A DNA stretch of 59,497 nucleotides from Eubacteriales bacterium (GTDB taxonomy: Bacteria > Bacillota > Clostridia > Oscillospirales > CAG-272). Below the pieces are notes generated by a model, which saw nothing but the letters and a program-made list of their open reading frames with translations, was not told where the DNA came from and did no database searches. Position numbers and translations under genes: made by a program. Position 1 is the stretch's first letter. Every line of letters begins with the position of its first letter. The DNA is taken from the NCBI GenBank assembly GCA_045594445.1, contig JAZNYL010000006.1, positions 1 to 59,497 of the forward strand, given 5' to 3'. This document shows positions 1 through 10,524 of this stretch, in pieces.

Positions 1-47
1 AGTCCCGCGCTGATCTGCAGCTGCGAATTCTGAGTCTGTAAAGCCAT
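1..47 (-). CDS. engB: Ribosome biogenesis GTPase YsxC/EngB, 5' fragment running off the window
   Basis: ATG at 47-45 overlaps the lon stop (TAATG). Reads [15 protein letters not shown], like YsxC N-termini. lon-ysxC is a conserved pair in Bacillota. Only 15 codons are visible. Confidence 0.6.
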   Translation of the reverse strand, partial: MALQTQNSQLQISAG

Positions 48-2500
48 TATTTTACCTCATGAAACGATGTTGCGGGCACGCGGCGCGTGCTTTCGGTTAT
101 GGGAAGATAGTCGGTCTTTTCGGTCTTTTCGTGGGATGCGGTCAGCGTGATTGCCGCCTCGGGCTGCACAAGGGCTACGGCCAGCACGTCCTCCATGCGG
201 TTGCAGGGCACGAATCTGACGTGCTCCTTGACCTCGGGATCAAGCTCCCACATATCGCGCAGGTTATCCGCGGGAATGCAGACCGTGTCTGCGCCTGCGG
301 TATAGGCCGCCAGAGATTTTTCCTTAAGACCGCCAATGGCCAGCACGCGGCCGCGCAGCGTGATCTCGCCCGTCATGGCAACCGTTCTCTTGACCGGAAT
401 GCCGGTCAGCGCGCTGAGCATGGCTGTTGCCATGGTCACGCCCGCGCTGGGGCCGTCCTTGGGCACTGCGCCCTCGGGTACGTGGATGTGAATATCTTTT
501 TTGATATAGAAATCGGTGGGAATGCCGTAGCGGTCGGCAACCGAGCGCACCCAGGTCAGCGCGGCCTTGGCGCTTTCCTTCATGACGTCGCCAAGCGAGC
601 CGGTCAGCTCAAGCTTACCCGTGCCGTCGGTCACGGCAACCTCCACGCGCAGCACGTCTCCGCCCACCTCGGTCCATGCAAGGCCGTTGACCTCGCCGAC
701 AAGGTCGGTAGAGGAAATGGCGTCGGGCAAGCGCTTGCGCGGGCCGAGATACTCCTTGACGTCGGCAGCGTCGATCACGATTCTCTTGCTCTGCTGCTCA
801 ATCATTCTCTTGGCCGCCTTACGGCACAGCTCTGCGATGGTGCGCTCCAAGTTACGCACGCCTGCCTCGCGGGTATAAAAGTCGATCAGCTCGTCCAAGG
901 CAGCGTCGGTGATTCTGACCGTGCGCTTGGAAAGGCCGTGACGGCCAAGCTGCTTGCCGATCAGGTGATTCTTGGCGATGCTGCGCTTTTCGCTCTTGGT
1001 GTAGGTCTTAAGCTCAATGATCTCCATGCGGTCGATCAAGGGGCGCGGTACCGTTTCCAGCGTGTTGGCGGTTGCGATAAACAGGCAATCCGAAAGATCA
1101 AAGGGCAGCTCCACGAAGTGATCGCGGAAATATTTGTTCTGCTCGGGATCCAGCACCTCAAGCAGGGCGGAGGAGGGATCTCCGTGCGCGCTGATTGAAA
1201 GCTTGTCGATCTCGTCAAGCAAAATCAAGGGGTTACGCACGCCCGCGCGGGACACGGCGTCAATGATTCTGCCGGGCATTGCGCCGATGTAGGTCTTTCT
1301 GTGGCCGCGGATGTCGGCCTCGTCACGCACGCCGCCCAAGGAGACGCGCACGTACTTGCGCTTCATGGCGCGGGCGATCGACGCGGCGATCGAGGTCTTG
1401 CCCACACCGGGAGGGCCGACCAGGCAAATGATCTGATTTTTCAGATCGGGCGAGAGCTGCTTGACTGCCAGAAATTCCAGGATTCGCTCCTTGACCTTGT
1501 CAAGACCGTCGTGGTCGGCGTCCAGAATTTTCTTGGCTGTCGCGATATTGACGCGGTCCTTGGTGGATTTGTTCCAGGGCAGGGAAAGGCAAACGTCCAG
1601 ATAATTTTCCAGCACGCCTGCCTCGGCAGAGCCGAAGGGAGTGCGGGAGAGGCGGTCGTTTTCCTTGAGCAGCTTTTTTTCTACTTCCTCGGGCAGATGC
1701 GCCTCGGCGATGCGCATTTTATTCTCGTAAATCTCGTTATCTCCCTCGCCAAGCTCCTCCTGCAGCGTGCGGATCTGCTCGCGCATGTAGTATTCCTTTT
1801 GGTGGCGGGCAATTCTCTCGCGCACGCGGGAGTTGATCATGGCGTCGCATTCCAGAATCTCGGCCTCGTGATCCAGCATCACGGTCACGGTTTCAATGCG
1901 CACCATGGGATCAAAGCATTCAAGCACGGTCTGCTTGTCCTCGGGACGCAGCAGCACGTTGGTCGCAATGAGATCGGCAAGCACGCCGGGATCGGTCTGC
2001 GCGCGGGCGGTATGCATCAGCTCCTGGCCGGATGCGGGAAGATGGCGCACCACGCGCTCCATAGCCTCCAGCGCGCGGCGCATATAGGCCTCGGCACGAA
2101 TGCCGCCGTTGTCACGCAGGGCGTAGGATTTGCACATGACCTCGGCGTACGTGGCGTCCTCGGTGGGGTGCAGCCCCATGACCATGCCGCGCGTCATACC
2201 CACGGCAATGGCGCGGCTCTGACCGTCGCCGGATTTGACAAGCTGACGGATCTTGGCAACCGTACCCACGCGGTACAGCTTGGAGAGCGAGGGCTCGCCG
2301 CCATCCGGCTCGGCGGGATTGCGCAAAGCGACCAAAAGCACGGGCAAAGAGCCCTGCGCTGCCAGTCTTGCCGCCTCGGCAGAGCCGAAGCTGTCGTCGG
2401 CCACGTCAAAATTCAAGGTCGCGCCGGGGAAGGCGACGATGCCGCGCAAAGCGATCACGGGCAAGGTCAGCGTTTCGGCTTTTTCAATATATCCTGACAT
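47..2500 (-). CDS. lon: ATP-dependent Lon protease
   Basis: LON N-domain (LPVIALRG), Walker [10 protein letters not shown], Walker B LLDEIDK, catalytic PKDGPSAG and GGLKEK. ATG at 2500 with GAAAGGA RBS upstream. Confidence 0.97.
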   Translation of the reverse strand: MSGYIEKAETLTLPVIALRGIVAFPGATLNFDVADDSFGSAEAARLAAQGSLPVLLVALRNPAEPDGGEPSLSKLYRVGTVAKIRQLVKSGDGQSRAIAVGMTRGMVMGLHPTEDATYAEVMCKSYALRDNGGIRAEAYMRRALEAMERVVRHLPASGQELMHTARAQTDPGVLADLIATNVLLRPEDKQTVLECFDPMVRIETVTVMLDHEAEILECDAMINSRVRERIARHQKEYYMREQIRTLQEELGEGDNEIYENKMRIAEAHLPEEVEKKLLKENDRLSRTPFGSAEAGVLENYLDVCLSLPWNKSTKDRVNIATAKKILDADHDGLDKVKERILEFLAVKQLSPDLKNQIICLVGPPGVGKTSIAASIARAMKRKYVRVSLGGVRDEADIRGHRKTYIGAMPGRIIDAVSRAGVRNPLILLDEIDKLSISAHGDPSSALLEVLDPEQNKYFRDHFVELPFDLSDCLFIATANTLETVPRPLIDRMEIIELKTYTKSEKRSIAKNHLIGKQLGRHGLSKRTVRITDAALDELIDFYTREAGVRNLERTIAELCRKAAKRMIEQQSKRIVIDAADVKEYLGPRKRLPDAISSTDLVGEVNGLAWTEVGGDVLRVEVAVTDGTGKLELTGSLGDVMKESAKAALTWVRSVADRYGIPTDFYIKKDIHIHVPEGAVPKDGPSAGVTMATAMLSALTGIPVKRTVAMTGEITLRGRVLAIGGLKEKSLAAYTAGADTVCIPADNLRDMWELDPEVKEHVRFVPCNRMEDVLAVALVQPEAAITLTASHEKTEKTDYLPITESTRRVPATSFHEVK

Positions 2501-2579
2501 AAGTAAAAGTTCCTTTCGTGGTGGGGGATTGCGATATATATACAATTCAAAAGAATGGATAACACTATATCAACTTAAC

Positions 2580-2608
2580 ATTATAGCACAAGCGCTTTGA
2601 AAATGCCA
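2580..2608 (-). promoter_or_regulatory. Putative sigma-A promoter of lon-engB
   Basis: TGGCAT-N17-TATAAT with extended TG (TGcTATAAT) on the minus strand. Confidence 0.55.
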
Positions 2609-2661
2609 TACCTTTCAAGGTTTATTTACAATTATAATATAATATTTTCAAAAAAACGCAC

Positions 2662-2692
2662 AAAAAAACGGAATCGGTATACACCGATCCCG
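2662..2692 (-). terminator. Intrinsic terminator of the candidate sRNA
   Basis: Minus strand CGGGATCGGT-GTAT-ACCGATTCCG followed by T7. Confidence 0.75.
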
Positions 2693-2842
2693 CTTCCGTA
2701 TCCGTCCGCCAATAAACGTCGCGATGCGAACGGAGCAAGTACAACGTTTGGCGTCTTCGCACGCTTGATATCATGAGATTGATATTCCGCAAAGTCCGAC
2801 TTGAGCTGTACCATAGCGACGGAACATCCGCTTCCGTCGAGC
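2662..2842 (-). ncRNA. Candidate stand-alone small RNA (~180 nt, 6S-sized; family not established)
   Basis: Bounded by its own TTTACA-N17-TATAAT promoter and a hairpin+U7 terminator. No credible ORF/RBS inside. Several pairable segments. Confidence 0.5.
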
Positions 2843-2848
2843 AAGATT

Positions 2849-2877
2849 ATTATACCGCATTCGCCCCGTTTTGTAAA
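2849..2877 (-). promoter_or_regulatory. Sigma-A promoter of the candidate sRNA
   Basis: TTTACA-N17-TATAAT on the minus strand. Confidence 0.7.
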
Positions 2878-3138
2878 TTAGCAAAGTTGACGAATATTGA
2901 CGAGATATTTCGTGAAAAGCACTACGGTTGAGAAAATCGCCACGAATTTTCAAAAGCATTTTGTCTATTTTCCCGATAGACATGCATGTCGTACCGAACG
3001 CTTGTTCCCAAAGTGCGACTTTTTGGGGCATCCGCGGTGGTCTTTGCAAAAAATCGGATGCGCTCTCGCGGCAAAAATACGTCAGAAAACAAAGAAAAAT
3101 TTTTTTGAAAGAACCGGGAAAAAAATTTTGAAAACCTA

Positions 3139-3167
3139 TTGACAAGCAAGTCTGTTTGTGGTAAAAT
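3139..3167 (+). promoter_or_regulatory. Sigma-A promoter of infC-rpmI-rplT
   Basis: TTGACA-N17-TAAAAT with extended TG. Confidence 0.8.
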
Positions 3168-3173
3168 AGCACG

Positions 3174-3310
3174 GTAAATGAAGTGAAGCCCCTCGGTTTC
3201 CACCCTGCCGCCTCGAGCGCGTACGGGTTGATATTCTCTTTTCTTGTGTCGGCAAAGGTCGGTGCAGTGGGCGTACGGGGGCAGAATGCTTCTGTACGAT
3301 TTTTATTTTT
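3174..3310 (+). promoter_or_regulatory. Ribosomal protein L20 leader (transcription attenuator)
   Basis: Lies between the promoter and infC. The 5' part AAGTGAAGCCCCTCGGTTTCCACCC resembles Bacillota L20 leaders. Ends in hairpin CGTAC..GTACG (3272-3298) plus a T-tract (3300-3310). Confidence 0.65.
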
Positions 3311-3325
3311 CGGAGGTGCATACCC

Positions 3326-3850
3326 ATCGCTACCAATCAAAAAGACACGCTTATCAATGAAGAGATCAACTGTGCGCAGATCCGCGTGATCGGCACTGAC
3401 GGCGCAATGCTCGGTATCATGAGCTCTGAAGCGGCACTTCAGATGGCTTACGACAAGTCGCTGGACCTGGTGATGATGTCTCCCGATGCAAATCCCCCCG
3501 TTTGCAAGATCATGGACTACGGCAAGTATCGCTTTGAAAAGGATAAGCGCGAAAAGGAAGCCAAGAAAAAGCAGCAGGTAATTGAAACCAAGGAAATTCA
3601 GCTTTCCTGCCGCATTGATACCCACGACTACGAAACTAAGATGAAGCGCGGCCGTAAGTTCCTCGAGCAGGGCAATAAGGTCAAGGTCGTTTTGGTATTC
3701 CACGGCCGTGAGATGAGCCACCAGCAGCTGGGTAAGGACATGATTGACAGATTTATCGACGACGTTTCCGACCTCGGTACGACCGATAAGAAGCCCGTGC
3801 TCAACGGTAAGCTGCTCAGCGTTGTGATCTCCCCCGTCAAGAAAAAATAA
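3326..3850 (+). CDS. infC: Translation initiation factor IF-3 (non-canonical ATC start)
   Basis: INEEI..IRVIG, PPVCKIMDYGKYRFE, KVKVVLVFHGRE. The frame extends upstream of the GTG to ATC at 3326, 7 nt after GGAGGTG. Confidence 0.95.
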   Translation: MATNQKDTLINEEINCAQIRVIGTDGAMLGIMSSEAALQMAYDKSLDLVMMSPDANPPVCKIMDYGKYRFEKDKREKEAKKKQQVIETKEIQLSCRIDTHDYETKMKRGRKFLEQGNKVKVVLVFHGREMSHQQLGKDMIDRFIDDVSDLGTTDKKPVLNGKLLSVVISPVKKK

Positions 3851-3958
3851 TTTCGTTCATTTTATTAGCCCGAAGGTGCGTCCTTTCCATTGCGCCCTGA
3901 GGGAAAAATGATAGTGCCCACGGCACGCCAATCAAAATTGAAAAGGAGAAAAAGTAAA

Positions 3959-4156
3959 ATGGGAAAGGTTAAGACACATAAGGCTTCGGCTAAGAGATTT
4001 TCCGTTACCGGAACCGGCAAGGTTAAGATGAACCACAGCCACCACCGCCACAAGCTTGGCATTAAGGATCAGAAGAGAAAGAGACATCTGCGCACCGGTG
4101 CAACCATCGCAAGCGCAAAGGTCGCTGCAAACATCAGAGAACTGATTCAGAAGTAA
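3959..4156 (+). CDS. rpmI: 50S ribosomal protein L35
   Basis: [31 protein letters not shown]; operon position. Confidence 0.97.
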   Translation: MGKVKTHKASAKRFSVTGTGKVKMNHSHHRHKLGIKDQKRKRHLRTGATIASAKVAANIRELIQK

Positions 4157-4188
4157 TCGGAAGAAATTAGCAGAAGGAGGATAAGAAA

Positions 4189-4542
4189 ATGGCAAGAGTT
4201 AAGGGCGCGATGATGGCGCGTAAGAGAAGAAATAAAGTCCTGAAGGCTGCAAAGGGCTACTGGGGTGCAAAATCCAAGCACTTCAAGATGGCTAAGCAAG
4301 CCGTAATGAAGAGCGGCAACTACGCATTCGCCGGCAGAAAGATCAAGAAGAGAGACTTCCGTCGTCTGTGGATCACCAGAATTTCCGCAGCTTGCAAGGC
4401 AAACGGTATGAACTACTCTACCTTCATGAACGGTCTGAAGAAGGCTAACGTAACCCTGAACAGAAAGATGCTGTCTGAGATCGCAATCAGCGATCCCGCT
4501 GCATTCACCGCTCTGTGCGAGCAGGCTAAGGCTGCTCTTTAA
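4189..4542 (+). CDS. rplT: 50S ribosomal protein L20
   Basis: [35 protein letters not shown]. Confidence 0.98.
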   Translation: MARVKGAMMARKRRNKVLKAAKGYWGAKSKHFKMAKQAVMKSGNYAFAGRKIKKRDFRRLWITRISAACKANGMNYSTFMNGLKKANVTLNRKMLSEIAISDPAAFTALCEQAKAAL

Positions 4543-4550
4543 TGGAATAT

Positions 4551-4583
4551 TGGGGATGCCCGCGCGTGACGCAGGCATCCCCA
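4551..4583 (+). terminator. GC-rich hairpin after rplT (terminator or stabiliser; weak U-tract)
   Basis: TGGGGATGCC...GGCATCCCCA inverted repeat. Confidence 0.5.
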
Positions 4584-4632
4584 GTTGCATTTAATGGTGT
4601 GGTAAAAACACTTGAAAACGGAGGTTTTTTTG

Positions 4633-5487
4633 ATGGAACAGACCCCCATGATTATCACGTCAAGACAAAATCAGTACGTCACGTTGGCTGCAAAGCTGCA
4701 GGAGAGAAAGCACCGCCAGAGCGAAGGATTGCTTCGGTTTGACGGTGTCAAGCTGTATTGTGAGGCTGTTTTGCGCGGCGTGGAGATCGAATTTATTTTG
4801 CTGGATGCGACGCTTTCAGAGAGCGCAGATGCCAAGGCAAAGGCCCTTTACGGGTTTGGACTTGACGCTGCGGACTGTCGGATGCTGACGCTTTCACATG
4901 ATCTTTTTGTCAAAATATCGGACGAAAATGCGCCCGAGGGCGTAATATGCGTTGCAAAATATATTGACAAATTTCATAAAATCGCTACAATAAATAGTAG
5001 ACCTGCCATTCTTGAGCAGCTTGCCGCACCCGACGGTGGACGGATTTTGCTTTGCGAATCGCTGCGGGACCCCGGCAACGTGGGCACCGTGGTGCGTACC
5101 GCCTTTGCCTTTGGTATCGACACGCTGATCTTTAGCTCGGATTGCGCGGATCTGTATAATCCCAAAACCATCCGCGGTGCGATGGGCACGCTGTTTTCAC
5201 AGAAGATTCTGCGTGTGGACGACCTGCCCGCGGCGGTTGAGATTTTGCAGAGCAAGGGCAGACGCGTTTACGCGGCCGCCTTGGATGAGAACGCTCGTCG
5301 CCTTGGCAGCTTTGCGTTTGGCCCGAGCGATTGCGCCGTGATCGGAAACGAGGGGCACGGACTCTCTCCCCGTATGCTGCAGACCTGCTGCGAAACTGTT
5401 TTTATCCCCATGGCGGGAGATGCGGAATCGCTGAACGCATCGGTCGCGGCCTCGGTGCTGATGTGGGAGATGACGAGAGGAAATTGA
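4633..5487 (+). CDS. TrmH/SpoU family RNA methyltransferase
   Basis: ITSRQN, DPGNVGTVVRTA, GNEGHGLS, IPM..AESLNASVAA SPOUT motifs; GGAGG RBS. Confidence 0.92.
   Translation: MEQTPMIITSRQNQYVTLAAKLQERKHRQSEGLLRFDGVKLYCEAVLRGVEIEFILLDATLSESADAKAKALYGFGLDAADCRMLTLSHDLFVKISDENAPEGVICVAKYIDKFHKIATINSRPAILEQLAAPDGGRILLCESLRDPGNVGTVVRTAFAFGIDTLIFSSDCADLYNPKTIRGAMGTLFSQKILRVDDLPAAVEILQSKGRRVYAAALDENARRLGSFAFGPSDCAVIGNEGHGLSPRMLQTCCETVFIPMAGDAESLNASVAASVLMWEMTRGN
4964..4991 (+). promoter_or_regulatory. Putative internal sigma-A promoter inside the TrmH gene, upstream of dprA-topA
   Basis: TTGACA-N16-TACAAT in an AT-rich island within an otherwise GC-rich CDS. Confidence 0.55.
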
Positions 5488-5512
5488 TCAAGTAAACGAA
5501 AGGAGCCTTGGC

Positions 5513-6817
5513 ATGAACAGAGATGAAAAGCTGTTTTCGGTGTGGCTGTCGCTTTGTGCGGGCATTGCCAATACCGAATTTGCGTCGCTGCTGGAGCAGT
5601 TTGGCTCCGCTTACGCGCTGTTTTGCGCAGAGGAGAGCGAGATTGAGGCGCTGCCTGTCAGCGAGCACTTCAAGGAAAAGCTGTGCCGCAAGTCCTTGGA
5701 CGAGGCGTACGGCATTCTGGAGTTCTGCCAGAAGAGCGGCGTCGGCATTCTGTGCTATACCGATGATGCATATCCCTCTACGCTGCGCGCCATCAAGGCG
5801 CCGCCCTGCGTGCTGTATTATAAGGGCAAGCTGCCCGATTTTGAAAAGCAGTTGTTTATCAGCATGGTGGGCACGCGCAGCATGAGTGAATACGGCAAGG
5901 AGATGGCGTATAGAATAGCCTATGAGCTGGCAAGCACGGGAACCGTGGTGGTCAGCGGTATGGCACTTGGCGTGGACGCGGCGTGTGCTGTGGGTGCGCT
6001 TGCCGCAAAGGGCTGCACCGTGGCGGTGCTGGGCTGCGGCATTGACGTGCCGTATCCCCGTCAGCACGACCGCCTGATGCGTGCCATTGCCGATCACGGA
6101 CTGGTGATCACCGAATATCCGCCCTCCACACCGCCCAGAGGCTACCATTTTCCGCTGCGCAACCGCATTATCAGCGGTCTTGGCACAGGAACCGTGGTCA
6201 TTGAGGCTGATCTTAGCAGCGGTGCGCTGATCACCGCAAGGGAAGCCATTGCGCAGGGAAAGGATATTTATGCCGTTCCCGGTAACGTGGGCGATCCCAA
6301 TACCTCGGGCACCAATCAGCTCATCCGCGACGGCGCAGCCGTTGCGTTGGGCGCAAGAGATATCTTACAGAATTATTCGTTTCTGTACCGCGACAGCGTG
6401 GACAGCGCAAGGCTGATGCGTGCACAGGAGCGTTCGGATCCCGATCCCGCTGTCTTTGCAAGATACGGTGTCGGCTTGCCTGCCGCCGGGGCACCCGCCA
6501 AGAGTGCACGGCAGGTGCGTGACGAGCAGGTGCAAAAGACGGCGACAACCAAGCAAGAAAAAAAGCAAGCCCCCAAGCCTGCAGATACGGAAAAGGTCGC
6601 ACCGAAGGTGCATGAGGACGACTCTGCACGGGCACTTGAGGCGTTTTCCCCCAAGCAGCGCGAAATGTTCGCACAGATTCCGCTGGATAAGGCGATCTCG
6701 GCCGATTGGCTGGTGCGCTGCGGATACCCCACGCACGAGGTCATGACCGCGCTGACCATGTTTGAGATCAAGGGACTTTTGCAGTCTCTGCCCGGTGGAC
6801 TTTACGTGCGCAAATAA
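5513..6817 (+). CDS. dprA: DNA-processing protein DprA
   Basis: VGTR, VVSGMALGVD, VLGCGID, FPLRNRIISGL, SGALITA; C-terminal wHTH; precedes topA. Confidence 0.95.
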   Translation: MNRDEKLFSVWLSLCAGIANTEFASLLEQFGSAYALFCAEESEIEALPVSEHFKEKLCRKSLDEAYGILEFCQKSGVGILCYTDDAYPSTLRAIKAPPCVLYYKGKLPDFEKQLFISMVGTRSMSEYGKEMAYRIAYELASTGTVVVSGMALGVDAACAVGALAAKGCTVAVLGCGIDVPYPRQHDRLMRAIADHGLVITEYPPSTPPRGYHFPLRNRIISGLGTGTVVIEADLSSGALITAREAIAQGKDIYAVPGNVGDPNTSGTNQLIRDGAAVALGARDILQNYSFLYRDSVDSARLMRAQERSDPDPAVFARYGVGLPAAGAPAKSARQVRDEQVQKTATTKQEKKQAPKPADTEKVAPKVHEDDSARALEAFSPKQREMFAQIPLDKAISADWLVRCGYPTHEVMTALTMFEIKGLLQSLPGGLYVRK

Positions 6818-6871
6818 CCAATCAAATCAGAAAATTATTTACCGTTTACGGAAAGGAAAATAGATAACAGT

Positions 6872-9169
6872 ATGGCAAATCTGGTAATCGTGGAGTCACC
6901 CTCCAAAGCAACCACAATCAAGAGCTACCTTGGCTCTAACTATAAGGTCATTGCATCCAAGGGTCACGTGCGTGACCTGCCCAAGAGCACGCTGGCCGTG
7001 GATATTGAAAACGGCTTCGATGCGCATTATATCAACGTGCGCGGCAAGGGCGACCTGATCAAGGAGATCCGCAAGGAAGCAAAGCATGCAACCAAGGTCT
7101 TTCTTGCAACCGACCCTGACCGCGAGGGCGAGGCTATTTCCTGGCACTTGGCGGCCGTGCTTGGCATTCCCGTGGAAAAAACCCAGCGCGTGACCTTCAA
7201 CGAGGTCACCAAAACCGCAGTCAAGGCAGCTATCAAGCAGCCCAGACAAATTGATATGGACCTTGTGGACTCGCAAAGAGCGCGCCGCATCGTGGACAGA
7301 ATCGTGGGCTACAAGATCAGCCCCTTGCTCTGGAAGAACGTCAAGCCCGGACTTTCCGCAGGCCGCGTACAGAGCGTTGCGACCAAGATGATCGTGGAAA
7401 GAGAAAACGAGATCCGCGCATTCGTGCCCGAGGAATACTGGACCATTGCAGCGCATCTGCACACCGAGCAGGGAGCAGGCGTGTTGGCTCGCTTCTGGGG
7501 TGACCAAAACGGTAAGGTCAAGCTGACCTGCGAGGCAGAGGCAAAGGCAGTCGTGGACGCGGTAGAGGGCAAGACCTTTACCGTATCCGACGTCAAGCGT
7601 GCCACCAGACATAAGGCACCCGCACCGCCCTTTACCACCTCCACCATGCAGCAGGAGGCCTCCCGTAAGCTGGGCTTCCAGTCGCAGCGCATCATGCGCG
7701 TGGCGCAGGAGCTTTACGAGGGTATTAACGTCGGCTCCGAAAACGGCGGCGTACAGGGCTTGATTACCTATATGCGTACCGACTCGCTGCGTATTTCCGA
7801 GGAGGCACAGCAGTCCGCACTCGTTTATATCGCAGGCAAATACGGTGATCGCTACTGTCCCGCAACGCCCAGAACCTATAAGGTCAAGGCAGGTGCGCAG
7901 GATGCACACGAGGCCATTCGTCCCACCAAGACCGATCTGGAGCCTGCAAAGATCCGTAAGTATCTGACCACCGACCAGTATCGTCTTTATAAGCTGATCT
8001 GGGAGAGATTCGTGGCAAGCCAGATGCAGTCCGCAGAGCTGGCGACGCTGAGCGTGGACTTCGTTTCCGAGGGCTATATTTTCCGTGCAGGCGGTTATAC
8101 CGTCACGTTCCCCGGCTATATGGTCATGTACGAGGAATCCACCGACGAAAAGGCGGATGAAAACGATCCCGATCAGATGAGCGATATCCGCCTGCCCGAT
8201 ATGAAGTGCGGTCAGGAATGGACGAGCGATTCGATTGATCCCGCAAGACACTTTACCGAGCCGCCCGCAAGATATACCGAGGCAACGCTGATCAAGAACC
8301 TGGAAGAAAAGGGCATCGGCAGACCCTCCACCTATACCACCATTATCACCAATATTTCCAAGAACTACGTTTCCCGTGACGGAAAATCTCTCTGTCCCAC
8401 CGCTTACGGCGAGGTGACCACCAAGCTCATGGAGGAGAATTTCCAGTCTATCGTGGACTATCGCTTTACCGCACGCATGGAAAGCGATCTGGACTCGATC
8501 GAGAAGGGCAGCGTGGAAATGAACGACGTGCTGGATAAGTTCTGGAAGAATTTCTCCGGTCAGCTGGAGAGTGCGGAAAAGGCTCTGGCCGATACCAGCT
8601 ACGAGCTGCCCGTGGAAAAGACCGACATTATCTGCGACAAGTGCGGCGCGACCATGATCGTCAAGAACGGCCGATTCGGCAAGTTTGCCGCTTGCCCCAA
8701 CTATCCCACCTGCAAGAACACCAAGCCCTTGAACACGGGCAAGAGCGCAGACAAGGAAGAGGGCGAGCAGACCGAGAAAAAAGTGGTCGTGGCTGATTTC
8801 AAGTGCGAAAAGTGCGGTGGCGATATGGTGCTGCGCTCGGGCAGATACGGCAGCTTCTACGCTTGTGCCAACTATCCCGCCTGCGCGTTCACCAAGCCCA
8901 GAACCAAGGATATCGGCGTTCCTTGTCCCAAGTGCGGCAGCAAGGTGGTCATGAAGTACGGTAAGAACAAGACCGTTTTCTACAGCTGTGAAAAGTACCC
9001 CGCCTGTGATTTCTCGTCCTGGGATATGCCTGTGGCTGAAAAGTGCCCCGGCTGCGGCGGTACGCTGTTCCGCAAGAAGGGTAAGGCGCTCATCGTTTGC
9101 CACGACAAGGCCTGCGGTTACACAAGAGAGGCAACGGATACGGAAATGACCGGTGAGGTTGAGGCATAA
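6872..9169 (+). CDS. topA: DNA topoisomerase I
   Basis: [45 protein letters not shown]-terminal Zn ribbons. Confidence 0.98.
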   Translation: MANLVIVESPSKATTIKSYLGSNYKVIASKGHVRDLPKSTLAVDIENGFDAHYINVRGKGDLIKEIRKEAKHATKVFLATDPDREGEAISWHLAAVLGIPVEKTQRVTFNEVTKTAVKAAIKQPRQIDMDLVDSQRARRIVDRIVGYKISPLLWKNVKPGLSAGRVQSVATKMIVERENEIRAFVPEEYWTIAAHLHTEQGAGVLARFWGDQNGKVKLTCEAEAKAVVDAVEGKTFTVSDVKRATRHKAPAPPFTTSTMQQEASRKLGFQSQRIMRVAQELYEGINVGSENGGVQGLITYMRTDSLRISEEAQQSALVYIAGKYGDRYCPATPRTYKVKAGAQDAHEAIRPTKTDLEPAKIRKYLTTDQYRLYKLIWERFVASQMQSAELATLSVDFVSEGYIFRAGGYTVTFPGYMVMYEESTDEKADENDPDQMSDIRLPDMKCGQEWTSDSIDPARHFTEPPARYTEATLIKNLEEKGIGRPSTYTTIITNISKNYVSRDGKSLCPTAYGEVTTKLMEENFQSIVDYRFTARMESDLDSIEKGSVEMNDVLDKFWKNFSGQLESAEKALADTSYELPVEKTDIICDKCGATMIVKNGRFGKFAACPNYPTCKNTKPLNTGKSADKEEGEQTEKKVVVADFKCEKCGGDMVLRSGRYGSFYACANYPACAFTKPRTKDIGVPCPKCGSKVVMKYGKNKTVFYSCEKYPACDFSSWDMPVAEKCPGCGGTLFRKKGKALIVCHDKACGYTREATDTEMTGEVEA

Positions 9170-10500
9170 TGGCAGAATATATTTCGATTCTTGGCGCAGG
9201 GCTTGCAGGCAGCGAGGCCGCATGGCAGGCTGCCGAGCGCGGCGTCAAGGTCAGGCTTTACGAGATGAAGCCGATCAAATATACCCCCGCGCACCACGCG
9301 CCCACTTTCGGCGAGCTGGTTTGCTCCAACTCGCTGCGCTCGGACGCAACCTCCAATGCAGTTGGCCTGCTCAAGGAGGAAATGCGCGCCATGAATTCGC
9401 TGATCATGCAGGCAGCGGATGCCACGCGCGTTCCCGCGGGCTCGGCACTGGCGGTGGACAGAGTGCTGTTTTCCGAGTTTATTACCGATCGCATCCGCAA
9501 TCATCCCAACGTTGAGGTGATCGAGGCGGAATGCGACCGCTTGCCCGACGACGGCGTTACCGTGATCGCAACCGGCCCCTTGACCAGCGATCCCATGGCC
9601 GATTATATCAGAGACGAGCTTGGCTGTGGCGGACTGCATTTCTTTGATGCGGCCGCACCCATCGTGGATGCCGACAGCATCAATATGGATATCGCGTTTT
9701 TTGCCTCCCGATACGATAAGGGAGATGCGGATTATATCAATTGCCCCATGACGCGCGAGCAGTACGACGTCTTTTACCAAGCGCTGGTCTCTGCTGAAGA
9801 AGCGACACTCAAGGAGTTTGACCGTGAAACGCAGAAGGACTTGACCGTGTTTGAGGGCTGCATGCCCGTGGAGGTCATGGCGCGCCGCGGCTACGATACG
9901 CTGCGCTACGGGCCTCTCAAGCCGGTAGGTCTGATCGATCCGCGCGTGGGCAAGGAATTTTACGCGGTGGTACAGCTGCGTAAGGAGAACAAGGAAGGCA
10001 CCATGTATAACCTCGTGGGCTTCCAGACGCACCTGACCTTCCCGGAGCAGCGACGCGTGTTCCGTTTGATTCCCGGTCTTGAAAATGCGGAGTTCTTGCG
10101 CTATGGTGTCATGCACCGCAATACTTATCTGAATTCTCCCGGCCTGCTTTGTGCGGATTATTCCATGCTGTTGCGTCCGAACGTGTATTTTGCAGGACAG
10201 ATGACAGGCGTGGAGGGCTACGTGGAATCGGCCGCTTCCGGTCTGGTTGCGGGTATCAACGCTTCAAGACGCGCAAGAGGTATGCAGGCGCTGATTCTGC
10301 CCCGTACGACCATGACGGGTGCGATGGCACTTTACGTGCAAAACGGCAGCGTGGGCTCGTTCGTGCCCATGAACGCCAATTTCGGCATCATTCAGATGCC
10401 CGCAAAGAAAATCAAGGGAGGCAAGGCAGCCAGAAACGCGGTGATCGCCGAGACTGCCATGGCCACCATCCAAGAATTACTGCCCGAGATCCGTGCATAA
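9169..10500 (+). CDS. trmFO: Folate/FAD-dependent tRNA (uracil-5-)-methyltransferase TrmFO
   Basis: [50 protein letters not shown]. Confidence 0.97.
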   Translation: MAEYISILGAGLAGSEAAWQAAERGVKVRLYEMKPIKYTPAHHAPTFGELVCSNSLRSDATSNAVGLLKEEMRAMNSLIMQAADATRVPAGSALAVDRVLFSEFITDRIRNHPNVEVIEAECDRLPDDGVTVIATGPLTSDPMADYIRDELGCGGLHFFDAAAPIVDADSINMDIAFFASRYDKGDADYINCPMTREQYDVFYQALVSAEEATLKEFDRETQKDLTVFEGCMPVEVMARRGYDTLRYGPLKPVGLIDPRVGKEFYAVVQLRKENKEGTMYNLVGFQTHLTFPEQRRVFRLIPGLENAEFLRYGVMHRNTYLNSPGLLCADYSMLLRPNVYFAGQMTGVEGYVESAASGLVAGINASRRARGMQALILPRTTMTGAMALYVQNGSVGSFVPMNANFGIIQMPAKKIKGGKAARNAVIAETAMATIQELLPEIRA

Positions 10501-10524
10501 GATCCGAGTAGGGAAAGGACCTCT

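Noticed and set aside
59..2497. Long plus-strand ORFs (379 aa, 398 aa) opposite lon
   Set aside because: Antisense shadows of a GC-biased gene; no RBS or recognisable motifs.
2632..2844. 70-aa minus-strand ORF over the candidate sRNA
   Set aside because: No RBS, begins at the predicted TSS and runs through the intrinsic terminator.
3851..3958. 108-bp infC-rpmI spacer with small hairpins (GTGCC-CAC-GGCAC)
   Set aside because: Stems are too short to support a defined element; L20 control is already explained by the leader upstream of infC.
6896..9223. 775-aa antisense ORF over topA, and similar long antisense ORFs over smc, the CotH gene, tldD/pmbA and rny
   Set aside because: Mirror-frame artefacts of codon bias in well-supported sense genes.
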